A stretch of 64,000 nt of DNA from the human T2T-CHM13v2.0 reference genome, Homo sapiens: assembly GCF_009914755.1 (NCBI RefSeq), contig NC_060930.1. One strand, 5' to 3'. Numbering within the stretch: position 1 is the stretch's first letter; each line of letters begins with the position of its first letter. Shown in pieces: positions 1-17,510 of the stretch. The notes under the pieces were generated by a model. That model was not told the origin of the DNA. It made no database searches and saw nothing but the letters and a program-made list of their open reading frames with translations. Position numbers and translations under genes: made by a program.

Positions 1-902
1 TAAGCATTCTTTGGAAACAACCAACCTGAGGATTCTATTAAGAGCAGCATGGTTTTTATTTCCTTTCACTATTGCTGTTTACCTAGATGACAGGCAATTA
101 GTTTCACCTCCTTCAACCTAGATGAAAAGTTGAAGAGCGAATAATACATCCAGATTGTCATGATGCCCTTATTCAAAGACAGGATTTGCTTTTTAGTGCA
201 ATTATAGAGACTGTGTGTTCTTAGCCTTGGATAATCCTGCCAGAAGGGGTTTAGACTTCTGTTCTTAGGATAGTCCTTCCCGGTTTTGTGACTGAGTGAT
301 TCTCTCATTCATCAGGCAACTTTCCTCCAGCCATTAAAGGTGAGAAGGACGGGTAATATTATGAATTGTTTATCAGGCTTATGGACATTATGAGAATGAA
401 TTGCTTTTGGTTTGTCCCTTTTGGAAAAAAGATACACCGTAAAATATGGATTTGTAGACTTACCATTTTCCCAAATTGGATCCTGTTCCTATTTCCTTTA
501 TTTCTAGCAATAGAAGCATTTTCTACTTGACAACCTTCCAGAGGCAGCCAGTCGACTCTTAACTAAGTCTTCCTTTTCAAAGTCTGTGCATCTGTCCTTT
601 TTTATGTACCTCATTTAGTCACCTAGTGACTACTACAGAGCACGAGTGAAATGCAAGCCATTGTATTGGTTGCAAGGGATAGAAATAAGAATAACACTTG
701 GTCTCCCAATTAGGAAGCTTGCAAAGCTCCGTCAGTGTCACAATTATCAGCTATATTCTCAAAATTTTTCCTCACACCCGGGAAAGTGAAGTTTCAAGTG
801 TCATCTCCCTCCTGCAATCTCTTATTAATTTTCTCTATCAAGCATTCTACTGACAAACTAATATTCTTAAGCAAACATTTTAATCATGTCATTTCATGGA
901 TT

Positions 903-1471
<569 letters not shown>

Positions 1472-1651
1472 AAGATCAATCTCTTAACCTGAATGTTCAA
1501 GAGTTTCTAAAATCTAAGATAACCTTATTTCCTGAATTTACTTCCCATAACTCCTCATTATACATTTTCTGCCTGGACAAATTGGTCAGATTACTACACT
1601 AAAAATATACCTCCATTTTTTTTTACTCCAGTCTATTCATCCATATATTTA

Positions 1652-1955
<304 letters not shown>

Positions 1956-2357
1956 GAATGTATTGGATGCCTTCTATGTGGTGGTGCTGTGAAAAAATAT
2001 GGTGCATGGTTTCTGCACTCAAAGAGCTTATTGTTTACTCAAGGATGCAGACAAGTGACTTGAGCATGGCAATGATAGAAGGAACACTGGATGTAATGAA
2101 GCACTGGATGTGATAGGAGCCCACAGAACTGCACCTAATCCAGCCTTGGAGAAGTTAGAGAACACTACTTAGAGAAAGTGATATCTCATGTGAGACACAC
2201 AGATTGAGTACGGGTTAGACAAGAAGCTGAGGAAAATGTACCAGAGCAAAAAACCAGTGTATTTAATGGCCTGATGATTAGAATCCAATGGATTGGAATA
2301 ACTGAGAGAATTTGAATCAGAATGGAATGTGGAATACGAGAGAGACAGAGAGACAGC

Positions 2358-2387
2358 GTGTGTGTGTGCGCACGTGTGTGTGTGTGT
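2358..2387. repeat. interrupted (TG)n microsatellite
   Basis: gtgtgtgtgtgcgcacgtgtgtgtgtgtgt. Confidence 0.9.
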
Positions 2388-2810
2388 AGGGTATAGGTAG
2401 GGCAATTTCAGGAGGAGCGGCTGAAGAGAAAAGCAAGGCCACATCATTCAAGGTCTCATAAGCAAGGCTAAGAGGTTTAGGCTGGCAGGTTTGGAGCAGC
2501 AGAGTGTCATGACCACATTTGGCTGTCATCTGACAAATACCACACACTGGTCCTGTAAATCAGTGCTGTACCTGTCAATCTTTTTTATTTTCTCATTATT
2601 TATACAAATCTTTCCCACTTGTCAAGCTCCAGATCAAGCCTCTTTTAACCATTTCAGCATACAGTCATCAATTTTTGTTTTTTCATAACACCATCTAACT
2701 ATTAATCATATGTAGGCTTGTATTGACATCCAACTTTGTGTGCATGACTTATATCTGCAACAAAATTGTAAATCATGTTAAGATAGAAGCCATCTCCATA
2801 CATCTTTTTA

Positions 2811-2995
2811 CAGGAGTCAGCAAACTTTTTCTGTAAAAGGCCAGAGAGTAAATGTTAAATTTAAATTTTGTAAGCCACATACGGTCTCTGTCATAGCCAT
2901 AGGAAATAGATAAACAAATGGGCATATTCTGATAAAACTTATTTACAAAAAGAGGCAGCGGCCAGATCTAACCCACAGGCAGTAGTTTGCTAACA
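2811..2995 (+). mobile_element. MER58-type hAT-Charlie MITE
   Basis: caggagtcagcaaactttttctgtaaaaggccagagagtaaat...ggccagatctaacccacaggcagtagtttgc resembles the MER58 consensus. Confidence 0.75.
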
Positions 2996-4636
2996 CATGC
3001 CTCATAACATCCACACAGTACCTAACATAGAATATGTGTTTAATAAATATTTGTCAGATAAATGAAGAGGCAAGGAATTGATGTTTTGGAGAATTAAGTA
3101 AGGCCTTGCTTTTCAGGATCATTATTAATGATCTTCTTAAGATGTCTGCAGTTTCCCTGCATTAGTCTTGAAAGTATGAGAAATGCAACTGAATCATTCT
3201 TTGAGAATTCAGGCCTTTGTAGGGTCTTAGAAGAATGATATGGAAGATTTGCCTAAATCAACACATGACAAATATATCCCCTGGTGGCATTTCATACCAA
3301 ATTCTTGCCTTAAAGATAATAGGTACCACTTGGTTGAGTGCTCACTACATGCTCTTATATTAACTTATGTGAGGTATGTATTAGTATACCCATTCAATAG
3401 ACTTGAAAACCCATTCTCAAACAGTTATGTGATTGGCTTGAGGTCTTGCTCATTATGAACAAGTAAAGCTGAGACTTAAGCCTAGATCTGCTTGATTTCA
3501 AAGTACAAGTAATTTTAAGGTCTTATTTAGTTAAAATTTTTTCTATATTAATCAAAGGTATTTTAGGATCTTTCCCTTCCATCATAATTTCTCCTAACTC
3601 CAGATGTAGAGGCTACTGTACTGTGTCTGGGGTGGGAGATATAAATAAATACACATAGCACTGGATAAAGAAATAAATTAAGGAGGGATACTCCAGGGGA
3701 GATGGTGAGGGGTATTTTAGGGCGATTCATACTGCTGAGACATTGGAGAGCAGAATTTAAACTATGCAAAATAAGTAGGACTAATGCTTCTCTCACTAAC
3801 TTCAACTTCAATTCAAGCCCTATGGTAATAACTAGTGGGTTGGAGTGAAATTGCTTCTTTCCTACGGCCCATTTGAGAGGTATAATGAATGGTTCCTTAC
3901 ATAAGGCTCCCTTGTATGGTGTGATCAAGTACACAAAACTGAGTCCTCCAAAAACAGAGGCCCGTGTCCAGGTTTTAAAACCACCAACCAACCTGCATCC
4001 AGAAACAGTCATTTATTTAGATTTGCAGGAACTGAACAACTTCAGAAATGTTCCAAGACAAACGGCACAGGGTAAAAAACAAACAGCAACAGCTTGCTCG
4101 CATGATGTTTCCAGGAATCACCCTGCCCAATAAAGAAAACAACTGCCCAGATCTGCATGTTAACCCATTCACATCTGAGACTGTAACTCTGGGTTTCAAT
4201 ACTATTTTAAAGTGCAAAAAATAATAAAGATCTCACGTCTAAGACCTTGAAAATAGGTTAGGAACTCAATGAAAAATCAGAATTTCTGTTCTATCACCCT
4301 ACTGCCTACTCTAGGGAGCAAATATGCAAATGTTTACTATAACATCGCATGGGGCCAGAAAAAAATTGGAAACAACCTCAATATCCATTAATGGGGAATG
4401 GCTAATAAACTAGTGTAGTCGTATTTGTAGAATATCATGCAACAAGAAAAAGGAAGTACTAATGAGTACTAATAAGTACTCAAATGGACAGTTCTTATCA
4501 TCCAGTTGAGTAAAAAAAGTAAATTGCAGGACATTATGTAGTTTGACAATATCAAAAAATCAAAATATCAAAAAAGTACCCAAAAATAGAAAGTAAAGCT
4601 AAATTTCAGCAACTCTATGTCTTTTCTGAGAGTTAA

Positions 4637-5064
<428 letters not shown>

Positions 5065-5989
5065 AATATTTTATTTTTTTACAAGGAGATGTATTCATGC
5101 ATTAGTTATATAATTATAAATTAGTAATAATTATCAAATTGATAGTAGTAACAACTTGAAAAAACGAGGCTTCTTGGTTACTAATATGAGGATCCCACCT
5201 AGATATATGCCAAATTCATGTAAGAAAAAACAAATCTCGAAGAAGAAATTTAGACTTCTCAAGGAAGAACTTCCATTATTAGTGTTTTGAGACTATAAAA
5301 CAGATAACCAAATGAAACTGTGAAGACTTTCCTATGAAAAGCTTTGTTATTAGGAAATACTTAAGGAGTATAATTGAAGAGTAAATAAGGGGCCACCCCT
5401 CAAATGAAGTGGAGTAAAATACCCGAAGTTATGCTCAGTTTTCCAATATCCAAGCAATTATTGATTAGAAGACTCTGATGAAAACGATTATGTGTATAAT
5501 AGCACTGGAAAAACATAAAACATCCTAGAAAGTACAGGATCTATATGGCCACAACTTTATTAAGAAATATAAAAGAAGATTGAGATTAATGGAGAGAGAA
5601 TGTTCCTTGGTGAGAAAATGAATTGTAGTAAAGGATAAACAAATCATTTCCAAATTAATTTACAAAATTAAGTCCATCTCAATAAAAAATCCCAGTGAAA
5701 TTTTATTTTATTATTAGAATTTGAGAACATGATTCTAATTCACTTGGAAGAATAGACTGAAGAGAAACATCAAGATTTTTTTTCTTGTTCTACTATATGT
5801 TAAAATGAACTATTATACGTAAAATTGTAGCACAGAGCTTCAATTTTAAAAATTTTGTGGTATCAATACAATAGTCAAAATAGGAATTAATGTAAAAGAA
5901 TAAGTCTAAAACAGATAATCTATATACCTCTCTCTATATATGTGAATGAAATATCACAATCCAATGATGGAAGAAAGGATTATCAGTAG

Positions 5990-6490
<501 letters not shown>

Positions 6491-6934
6491 AATAGATGAT
6501 ATTTTTAAACAAAAGATTATATGAAAACAACAACTAAGCCAAACTTAATTTCAGTGTTTTGACTTCACAATTTCCATACATCTTTGTATCCATTGAAGTT
6601 CAGAAAAAAATTTCTGTATAAACATAAGATATATATTTTTATTTGAAAATGTAGATTAAGATATTAATATTTATAGAGAGGAATATTCTAAGCATAAACA
6701 AAGAAAGAGGTCATGAAAGAAAATATTATATTTCGAGCATGGAAAAAAGTAAAACTGATTCACGGGGCTTCTGAGTTCTACAATTGCAGGGGAAGGATGG
6801 GAACTCCTGGAGCCTCCATACGTCTTGCTTCTGTAGATCAAAACCCAGCATCATCCCAATTAAATAGAGGCACTTCCTCAACATACATGACAAAGAGATT
6901 TAGACAGAGTGGTTACTTATCACACAGCAGATCA

Positions 6935-7415
6935 CCTCCCTCCTCTATTCAGATCCTTTCAGTAGCTTTCATCACACTCCAAGTAGAAGCCGAAGTCTTT
7001 CCAGTGGCCTCAAAGCCCTATGGCCACCTCTTGGACCTTGTCTCTTTCTACACTTTTCCTTAATGACTCCACTCCAGCCACACTGACCATTGTACCTGCA
7101 ACCCATCAGGCACACTCCTGTTCCTGGGCCTTTGTTTTTGCTGCTCCTTCTGCCTTAAGGCCCTCTCCACTTTCTTCAACCCTCTCTGTTTCTTTTTCAG
7201 CAGGGCTGCCTCTTCCCTGGCACTTGCTTTATTTTCCTCCATACTACTAATCCCCACTGACACTATATGTTTACTCATTCCTCTGTTTTTTGTCTCCCTG
7301 CCTCTGGAATGTAAGTTTGAGACAGAGTCTACTTTGATCACTCCTATATTTCCAGCATCTAGGGCAATGTCTGCATATGGTATTCAGTATTTATTGTTAA
7401 ATGATTGAATAAATA
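6935..7415 (+). mobile_element. L2 3' fragment
   Basis: ctccagccacactgacc...gggcctttg...gaatgtaagtt...tattgttaaatgattgaataaat, typical of the L2 3' end. Confidence 0.7.
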
Positions 7416-8028
7416 TACTTATTAATTAGTACTTTGATTTCCAAGTAACAGAGAACCATTTGAACTAAAGTTGAAATTAGCTAAGGGTGGAGAGGGAGCT
7501 GGACCATAGAACCAGGGACTGGAGTGTTATAAGCATCTGAGGTTATTCTCTTTCTCTGTTTTCCACTTCATACTTGCCTCTCTCCATAGAACCCCATCTC
7601 TGTTTCTCAGAGCACATGGTGAACAAAGGGCCCCAGCAGCACTCAAGTTTTACCACAACTGGTCCAGTTACCTGGGGAAGAAATAACCTAATTCTGTTGA
7701 TTCTCATTTCAAGTCCCTGGGGAGGCTGTGAATGACAGTCTGGACTGATGCCCATCCAGGAGCAATTGACTGTGGTCAGGGTGAAGGTAGGGGTGGGAAT
7801 TTCATTGTGATCCTATGGCTGCCCCTCTGCAACCATGCATAGAGGGGAGGGCAATTCCTAACAAGGGGTATTAGGCAGGCAAGCCAATAGGCATCTACTA
7901 TAACATAAAATTAACTCTTTCAGTTCAATTATAAAAAAATGCCAAAACCTAACTTAAAATTGGAAAAGATAAGAACAGATAGTTTGCCAAAAAGGAAATA
8001 CAAATTGTTCAATACATTTTAAAAAGTA

Positions 8029-8332
8029 GGTTGGGCATGGTGGCTCATGCCTGCAATCTCAGAACTTTGGGAAGCCACTCAGGAAGATTGTTTGAGGCAA
8101 GGAGTTCTCCAACTATAACAGCCTAGGTGATATAGTGAGATCCTGTCTCAAAAATTAAAAAAAAAAATAGCTTGGCATGTTGGTGTGTGTCTGTAATCCT
8201 AGCTACTCCGGAGGCCAAGGCTGGAGGACTGCTTGTGCCCAGGAGTCTGAGGCTGCAGTGAACTATAATAGTGCCATTGCATTCCAGCCTGGGTGACAGG
8301 GTGAGACACTGTCTCTAAAAATAAAAAAAATA
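8029..8332 (+). mobile_element. AluJ
   Basis: Diverged Alu with J-type ggaggactgcttgtgcccaggag and ggctgcagtgaactat. Confidence 0.9.
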
Positions 8333-8384
8333 AAGTGTTTGATCTTATTTATCATTCAAAAATACTTTATGAGGTGGTGGTGTA

Positions 8385-9860
8385 CTATAAAGTATTGTGA
8401 TACTGGCATAAACACAGACATGTAGACCAACAGAACAGAATAGAGAGCCTAGATATAAGACTTCATGAATATGAGATGAAGTGATCTTTGATAAGGGTGC
8501 CAAGGTCACACAATTGGGAAAGGACAGGCTCTTCAACTAATGGTGCTGGGAAAATTGGATATCAACATGAAAAAGAATAAAATTGGACCCTTACCTTATA
8601 CCATATACAAAAATTAACTCAAAATTGATCAAAGGCTTAAAACTGTAAAACTCTTAGAAAACATAAGGGCAAAGCTTAATGACAGTAAATTTGGCAACGA
8701 TTTCTTGAATATGTTGCCAAAAACACAGGCAACAAAAACAAAAATAGACAAATGGGACTATATTAAAATGAAAACTTTTGTGCATCAAAAGAAACTATCA
8801 ACATAGTGAAAAAGCAACCTACAGAATAGAAGAAAACATTTGTAAATCATATATCTGATAAAGGGTTAATATCCAGAAAATATAAAGAACTCCTACAACT
8901 CAACACAACAAAATAAATAATCCAGTTTTTTTTAAATGGGCAAAGTACTTGAGTAGATATTTCTGCAAAGAAGATATACAAATGGCCAAGAAACATGACA
9001 AGATAATCAACATCACTAACCATTAGAGAAATGCAAATCAAAACCATGTGAAATATTATTAAGTTGCTGCAAAAGTAATTGCAGTTTTTGCCATTAAAAG
9101 TAATAGTAAAAACTGCAATTAATTTTGTATCAACTTAATATCTGACATCCACTAGGATGGCCACTATCAAACAAAACAAAACAAAATAACAAGTGTTTGT
9201 GAGGATATGGAGAAGTTGGAACCTTTGTGCCCTGTTGGTGAGAATGTAAATTGGGTAGCTGCTGTAGAAAACACCATGGAGGTTCCTCAAAAAATTCAAA
9301 ATAGAATTACCGCCTGATCCAGCAATCCTACTTTTGTGTATATACCCAAAAGAATTGAAAGGAGGATTTCAAAGAAATATTTGCACACCCATGTTCATTG
9401 CAGCATTATTCACAATAGCCTAGAAGTAGAAGCAGCTCAAATATCCATCAAAGGGTGAATGGATAAACAAAATGTGATCTATACAAACAACGGAAAATTA
9501 TTCAGCCTTTCAAAAGAAGGAAATCCTTTCTCATGCTACAATATGAATGGAACTTGAGGACACTAGACTAAGTGAAATAAGCCAGTCACGAAAAGACGAA
9601 TACTATATGATTCCACTTATATAAGGTACCTGGAGTTGTCAAATCCATAGAAACAGAAAGTAGAATGGTGGTTGCCAGGAGTTGGGGGAAGGGAAAATAT
9701 AGAGTTGTTGTTCAATGGGTATAGAAGTTTAGTTTTGCAAGATGAAAAAGTTCTAGTGATATGTTGCACAACACTGTAAATGTATTTAATACCACTGAAC
9801 TATACTCATAAAAATGATTAAGATGGTAACTTTTATGTCATGTGTTTTTTACCACACAGA
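8385..9860 (+). mobile_element. L1MA/L1MB-type LINE-1 ORF2 3' part and 3' UTR
   Basis: Recognisable ORF2 C-terminal segments (atatatctgataagggttaatatccag; gaaatgcaaatcaaaacc) and L1MA-type 3' UTR (acagaaagtagaatggtggttgccagg). Confidence 0.85.
9059..9138. mobile_element. MADE1 (Hsmar1 MITE)
   Basis: 80 bp palindromic ttaagttgctgcaaaagtaattgcagtttttgccatta...aaaactgcaattaattttgtatcaacttaa flanked by a TA TSD (9057-58, 9139-40), inside the L1. Confidence 0.92.
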
Positions 9861-10342
9861 GGAAAGAACCCTATGAGGATTTGTACATGCATTGAGGTTT
9901 GAGATGCTAATAACTTTGATACTTAGAATTTCAGAGCTTATAAACTCTTAAAAATTATTTTATATACATTATCTGGAGAATATAACAAAACGTGAACAAA
10001 GCAATGAATAAGATGGGAGGAGATAAGTTATACCTTTCAAAAATAGTGTCCACCAAGGAGATTTAATGTTGTTTTACAGATACAGAACAAGTAAGGCCTT
10101 CCCTCATTGACCAGAGTGCAAAATTCCAATTGTTAAAAAAATTGTATGGATGGTCAGATAAAGAAATTTGGTGATCTCTGTCTTAGGCATAGCAACCCAC
10201 TTGGTAAGAAGAAAGGAAAAAAAAAGATATACTAATCCCATCTATCAAATTGGTAAATATAAATATTAAAATATAAAAATATTGAGAAATAATATGCATA
10301 CGGTAAAGGACAAAAATAGTACATGTAATAGTCAATAAATTT

Positions 10343-10344
10343 TC

Positions 10345-10399
<55 letters not shown>
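10343..10399. repeat. (CA)n microsatellite
   Basis: About 28 CA units with one interruption. Confidence 0.95.
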
Positions 10400-10401
<2 letters not shown>

Positions 10402-10770
10402 GAAACCAAACTTCTAACAGTCTAGAATCCTTTCTCATTCCCCTTTTCAGTCAACCTCTCTTGAGAATGTTTTAAAGATAAATACTAAGTATTTGTTGTT
10501 TGACATGCACTTTTCATACATCATTAATAGAAGTGTAATTAGTGGAAGCTTTCAATAAAGCAACTTTATAATATTTTTAAGAGTATTAATTATACAGAAA
10601 TTCTTTACTAAGGAATTAAGCTTCTTGGAATATATCCTAAACAAATAATCGGAGATGCAATAAAACATATACATATAAGGATGCCTACCACCACAAAAAT
10701 AGTATCAAAAAATTGGAAATAGCCTAAGTACCCATCATGAGGGAATCCTAAGATTAAAATATATTCACTT

Positions 10771-11097
<327 letters not shown>

Positions 11098-11563
11098 TTA
11101 AAAATTAGGCTTTTGCTGAAAACAAGCAATGGAGAAAGGACTCCCTATTCAATAAATGGTGTTGGGATAACTGGCTAGCCATAAGCAGAAGATTGAAACT
11201 GGATCCCTTCCTTATACCACATGCAAAAATTAACTCAAGATGGATTAAAGACTTAAATGTAAAACCCAAAACTATAAAAACCCTGGAAGGCAATACTATT
11301 CTAGACACAGGAATGGGCAAAGATTTCATGACAAAGATGCCAAAAGCAATTACAATGAAAGCAAAAATTGACCAATGGGATTAATTAAACTAAAGAGATT
11401 CTGCAGAGCAAAAGAAACTATCAAGAACAAAATGATGACCTACAGAATGGAAGAAAATATTTGCATACTATGCATCTGACAAAGGTCTAATATCCTGCAT
11501 CTATAAGTAACTTAAACAAATTTACAGAAAAAAACAAACAACCCCCTTAAAAAATGGGTAAAG

Positions 11564-12102
<539 letters not shown>

Positions 12103-12445
12103 TTAGTTCAGCCATTGTGGAAAGCAGTGTGGCAATTTCTCAAAGACCTAAAAACAGAACTACCTACCATTTAACCCAGCAATCCCATTACCAGATATAT
12201 ACCCAAAGGAATATAAATTGTTCTATCATAAAGACACATGCATGCATATGTTCACTGAAGCACTATTTATAATAGCAAAGACGTGGAATCAACCTAAATG
12301 CCCATTAATGGTAAACTGGATAAAGAAAATGTCATACATATATACACTGTGGAATACTATGCAGCCATAAAAAAGAACACGATCATGTCCTTTTCAAGAA
12401 CATGGATGGAGCTGGAGGCCATTGTCCTTAAAAAGCTAACACAGA

Positions 12446-12760
<315 letters not shown>

Positions 12761-14045
12761 TCAAATACTGTATGTTCTCACTTAAGTGGGAGCTAAATGA
12801 TGAGAACATATGGACACATAGAGAAGAAAAACAAATGCTGGGGTCTACTTGAGAGCAGAAGGTGGGAGAAGGGAGAGGATCAGGAAAAATAACTAATGGG
12901 TACTAGTCTTAATACCTGGGTGACAAAATAATCTGTACAACAAACTCCCATCACAGAAGTTTATGTATATAACAAACTTGCACATGTACCCCTGAACTTA
13001 AAATAAAAATGAAATAAATAATTAGGCTTTTGAAAAATTTGTGACAGGAAAAAAAACTCATTATGATTAGATATTAATAAATAATGAAGAAATAAAATAG
13101 TAAATTCAATGTGATCCAAATTTTGAAAAACATTATTTTTCATAGAAAAATTTACTATCTTGGTATTATCTTAAATTAATGGCATTATAGATAACTTTAA
13201 TTTTGTTCTTTTGTTTTTTGTATTTTTCAAAAATTTTAAGAGTCACATGTATTTCTTTTATAATCAGAAGAAAACAGTTTTTTTGAAAAAAAACAAGGAA
13301 GGAAAAAGTAAATGAATCACAATTGGTTCAGTTCCTTTGATAATGAAATAAATGCCTTTCCATGGTTGATCGCAATTTCCATACAATTTACTCTGGAGAC
13401 TAAAATAAAGGAAACAACAAAATACAGAAGAGATCAAAAGTCAAATGGGTACTTCTATGAAGAATCTCATGACACACCTTTTTTTATAGACAATTCATAA
13501 AGGCTCATCACTGTGATGTTTTGTCAAAAGGAAAAGACCATGAAAGTTGCATAAAGTTCTGTACTATTTCTTCCATGGAAAGAGAGTGGGGAGATAAAAG
13601 AAAAAGCCAAACCCTCTGTAACAGCTCATTTTTATCTTCTTTCTGGAGTTCATAGGAGAGGTCAAAATTAATCCAATCTGGGATCTTCTGGAGGGAACCC
13701 AAAATCCTTCTAACACCCACATAACATAGATTACATGCACAAGCAAACATTTAACCTGCTCTTTAATAGTTTTGAGTTCCTTACCAAAGAGCAAAATATG
13801 AGACCAGAAACTTTGTATTCCCTGGTGGACCTTGAAACAACTCCCTGCTTCATTTTTGCTGGAAGTTAGAGGGGGAAAAAATAAATTTACCAGCCTCTGT
13901 ACAACACAATCCATATGGATGGAACAAGATTTTAGAGTTTAATTTATATTTATTTTTATGTCACCCTTTAATGTTTTCTATTCTTTCTGTGTACAGAATA
14001 TATAAGCACAATGGTACATCTACATACTTTAAAAATAACTCTCTC

Positions 14046-14057
14046 TATATATATATG

Positions 14058-14099
<42 letters not shown>
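14046..14099. repeat. compound (TA)n(CA)n microsatellite
   Basis: Directly visible. Confidence 0.95.
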
Positions 14100-14101
<2 letters not shown>

Positions 14102-15207
14102 GGGGTGTGTATGCTTGCATTTTTTTTAAATGATGGGGGCACATAAAAAGCAAATTGGAGACCCTCAGTCTATACCAGAGGATCTCAGCCTCAGCCTTCA
14201 ACTGTGAAACACGTTGTAATTAATATTTTATTGATAATAGGGAAACACTGTATCAGTTTAGGATCTTAAACAATCAGAGCAGATCCAAGATTATCCCTTT
14301 CATAGAATCACTGTCACTTCTTACATAGTTTGTATGCTTTCTTCAGTGGAAAAGATAAGCATACATCTTGCCCAATTTTCTCCAAAGCCCCAAATAAGAC
14401 CTCACTTCTGAGGTACTATTAATAATTAAGAAAACTGAAAATCATTGTAATGCATTGTAGTTTCTCATTTCTTTTAAATGAGAAATGTAGATAGATGTAT
14501 AACAGGAATAAAGGAATAGGCAAAAGATACATAAGTGGTTAATTAACAAGAATGATGCCATGAACACTTATATTAATAATAACACTTATCATTACTAAAC
14601 CAAAGCAATGATATGAATGAAATTTGCATTAATGCTAATTAAATTAATGCTATTACTTAAAAATTCAACAGATGGCACATTAAAATAATTAAATAACTTT
14701 TGCCTAAACTTATTCTTCAATCATAATACTTCCTTGCCTGATTAATATACCTGTAGAGAAATGTACTGAAAAACAACTAGTCATGATTTTTAAAGTTTAA
14801 AAATTAGACTGGTCCTGTGTTTTACCATGTTTTTGTAGTTTTTGAAATTCTAAATGACTGACAGATATGATGGATAAAATGCTTTTATGAACACCAAATC
14901 AAGAGAAAAGATCTGGGGTACTATTTTCTTATTTTTTCTATAAAACATTTCTAGATTTTTTCAGTATTTGGATAGACCATGAAAGAGTGTCATGCTTGTG
15001 GCATCATCCATCATTTGCATTGCAGGAGGAAAAAGACAAGAATCTCAGGCCTATTTTTCAGTCCCATCTGAAGAGGTAATTTCTCCATCAGTATTCAGGA
15101 AATCCAAATTGCTTCTCCAGCTCTAGGTAGTTTATGTGGACTAGAATTACACAGATGCTGATGGTGTCAGAACCTAGAGAGGCCCAGAGGTCAAGAATGG
15201 AAAGGGA

Positions 15208-15568
<361 letters not shown>

Positions 15569-16398
15569 TTATTCAAAGCTTATTCAAAGACAGACTGGCA
15601 GTTGGTCAGAATAGCATCCTAAGTCAACACCTCCAGCTACTCATGGTCTACCTTTGCCATTAATGGGATCATAAAACATGGTATTAAGGTGACAGGTCAT
15701 TTCATTCCATTTAGATCTCATAGTGGTTTTGCCAAACCTAGAAAATAGTATGTGTCAGAAAGGCAAAAATCAAGAACCAGAGGAAAAAAATCAATCTAAA
15801 CCAAATCAAACCCACCAACCAAACAACAACGAAACAAATAACAGGAGCTTTCTAGTCTTTGTACTCAAAATGGTGAACAGATGTTCCTCAGATCTACTGA
15901 GAAATGGCCTGAAGTTATAATAATGGGAATTTAGACAGATCATAAATTTGGTACAGATGGAATGAAGAACCCAGGGGGTTAAAAATCTCATTATAAATAG
16001 GAAAGCAGAGGTAGTGGGTTGGGGAAGGTGGGTGAAGATGTTTTCAGAGGAGAGTTAGTTAACATGGGAATGGGTTACTGATGGAGATTGTTCAAAGAAC
16101 ATTTGCTCTTAGCAGACATTAAAATAAGATGGACTCTCACCTCTCTGGAGCAGCATAAATAAATTCTTAGGCCTCTCAAGATTTTGCAACTCTAGGATTA
16201 TCTGTAGGGTGTAATTAAATATTAGTACCAGAGTTCTTTTTATGAAATGTTATGAAATGGACATCTCTCGGAAGTAGGTCTTCCTGGTCAAGATAAACCC
16301 TATTTCCCTGTCCTTAGCAGGACCACATATGGACAGATTACCTAAGATTTGTGATTTTGGGGACAATGAGAAATGCTCCTCATCTTTGGGAACTTAAG

Positions 16399-17510
16399 CA
16401 ATGGTCCTCAACAATGGCTGCATATGGTAATCGCCTGAAAAGCTTGAAAAAAAAATTGATGCTGCAAGACTTATACACTGAAAACTATAAAATGTCACTG
16501 AGAGAAAATAAAGAAGGCCTAAATAAATGGAAACATGTCATGTTAATGAATTGGAAGGCTTAATATTGTTAAAATTGCAATACTCTCCAAACTGATATAC
16601 AGATTCAGCACAACTCTGTACAAATCCAGGCTGGCTTTTTTTTTTTTCGGTAGAAATTGACGTGATCCTAAAATTCATAGGGAAATACAGGGACCCAGAA
16701 TAATCAAAATAATCTTGAAAAAGAACAACAGGTAGGGCGCGGTGTCTCATGCCTGTAATCCCAGCACTTTGGGAGACCGTGGCGGGTGGATCACCAGAGG
16801 TCAGGAGTTCAAGACCGGCATGGCCAACATGGTGAAATCCCTTCTCTACTCAAAATACAAAAATTAGCAAGGCATGGTGGCCTGTGCCTGTAATCCCGGC
16901 TACTTAGGAGGCTGAGGCAGGAGAATCACTTGAACCTGGGAGTTGGAGGTTGCAGTGAGCCGAGATCACACCAGCCTGGGTGACAGGGTGAGACTCCTTT
17001 CAAAAAAAAAGCAAAGTTGTAAGTCTCACACTTCTCAATTTGGAGCTTAGTACAAAGCTACACTACTCTAGACTGTGTGGTACTGGCATAAGGATAGAGA
17101 TAGATCAATGGAATAGAATCAACAGTCCAGAAATAAGCCCATGTGTCTATGTGGCCAACTGATTTTTGACAAGGCTCCTTAGACAATTCAACAGGGAAAG
17201 AATAGCCTTTTTAGCAAATAGTATTGGAGCAGTTAGAGAATCCACATGCAAAAGAATAAAGTTGGACCCCGACCTCATACCATATATAAAAATTATCCCA
17301 AAATACACCAAAGACATAAATTTAAGTGGTAAAACTATAAAACTGTGAAAAAGAAAACATAACAGGATTCTATGAAATTAAAAAAAATTCTATGAAAAAA
17401 TATTGATGCCTAGTCTCCACTCAGATTAATCAAATTCAGATGTCTAGGAATGAGGGTTGGGCATTTAAATTTTTTATCGCTTCCTGGTGATTTAGAAACA
17501 CCACGGGCTT
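16399..17510 (+). mobile_element. MER5-type hAT MITE split by an L1M fragment (16464-17394) that contains an AluS (16731-17010)
   Basis: MER5-like halves (caatggtcctcaac...; ctagtctccactcag...cttcctggtgatt); L1 flanked by aaaaa(t)attgatgc repeats; Alu inside. Confidence 0.75.

Noticed and set aside
455-510. Minus-strand mini-exon reading EIKEIGTGSNLGK, reminiscent of a kinase Gly loop
   Set aside because: Too short, lacks GxGxxG spacing, and no other kinase subdomains were found
13610-13860. Two exon-like open segments on the minus strand
   Set aside because: No protein similarity recognised, donors are weak and the spacing is too short for an intron
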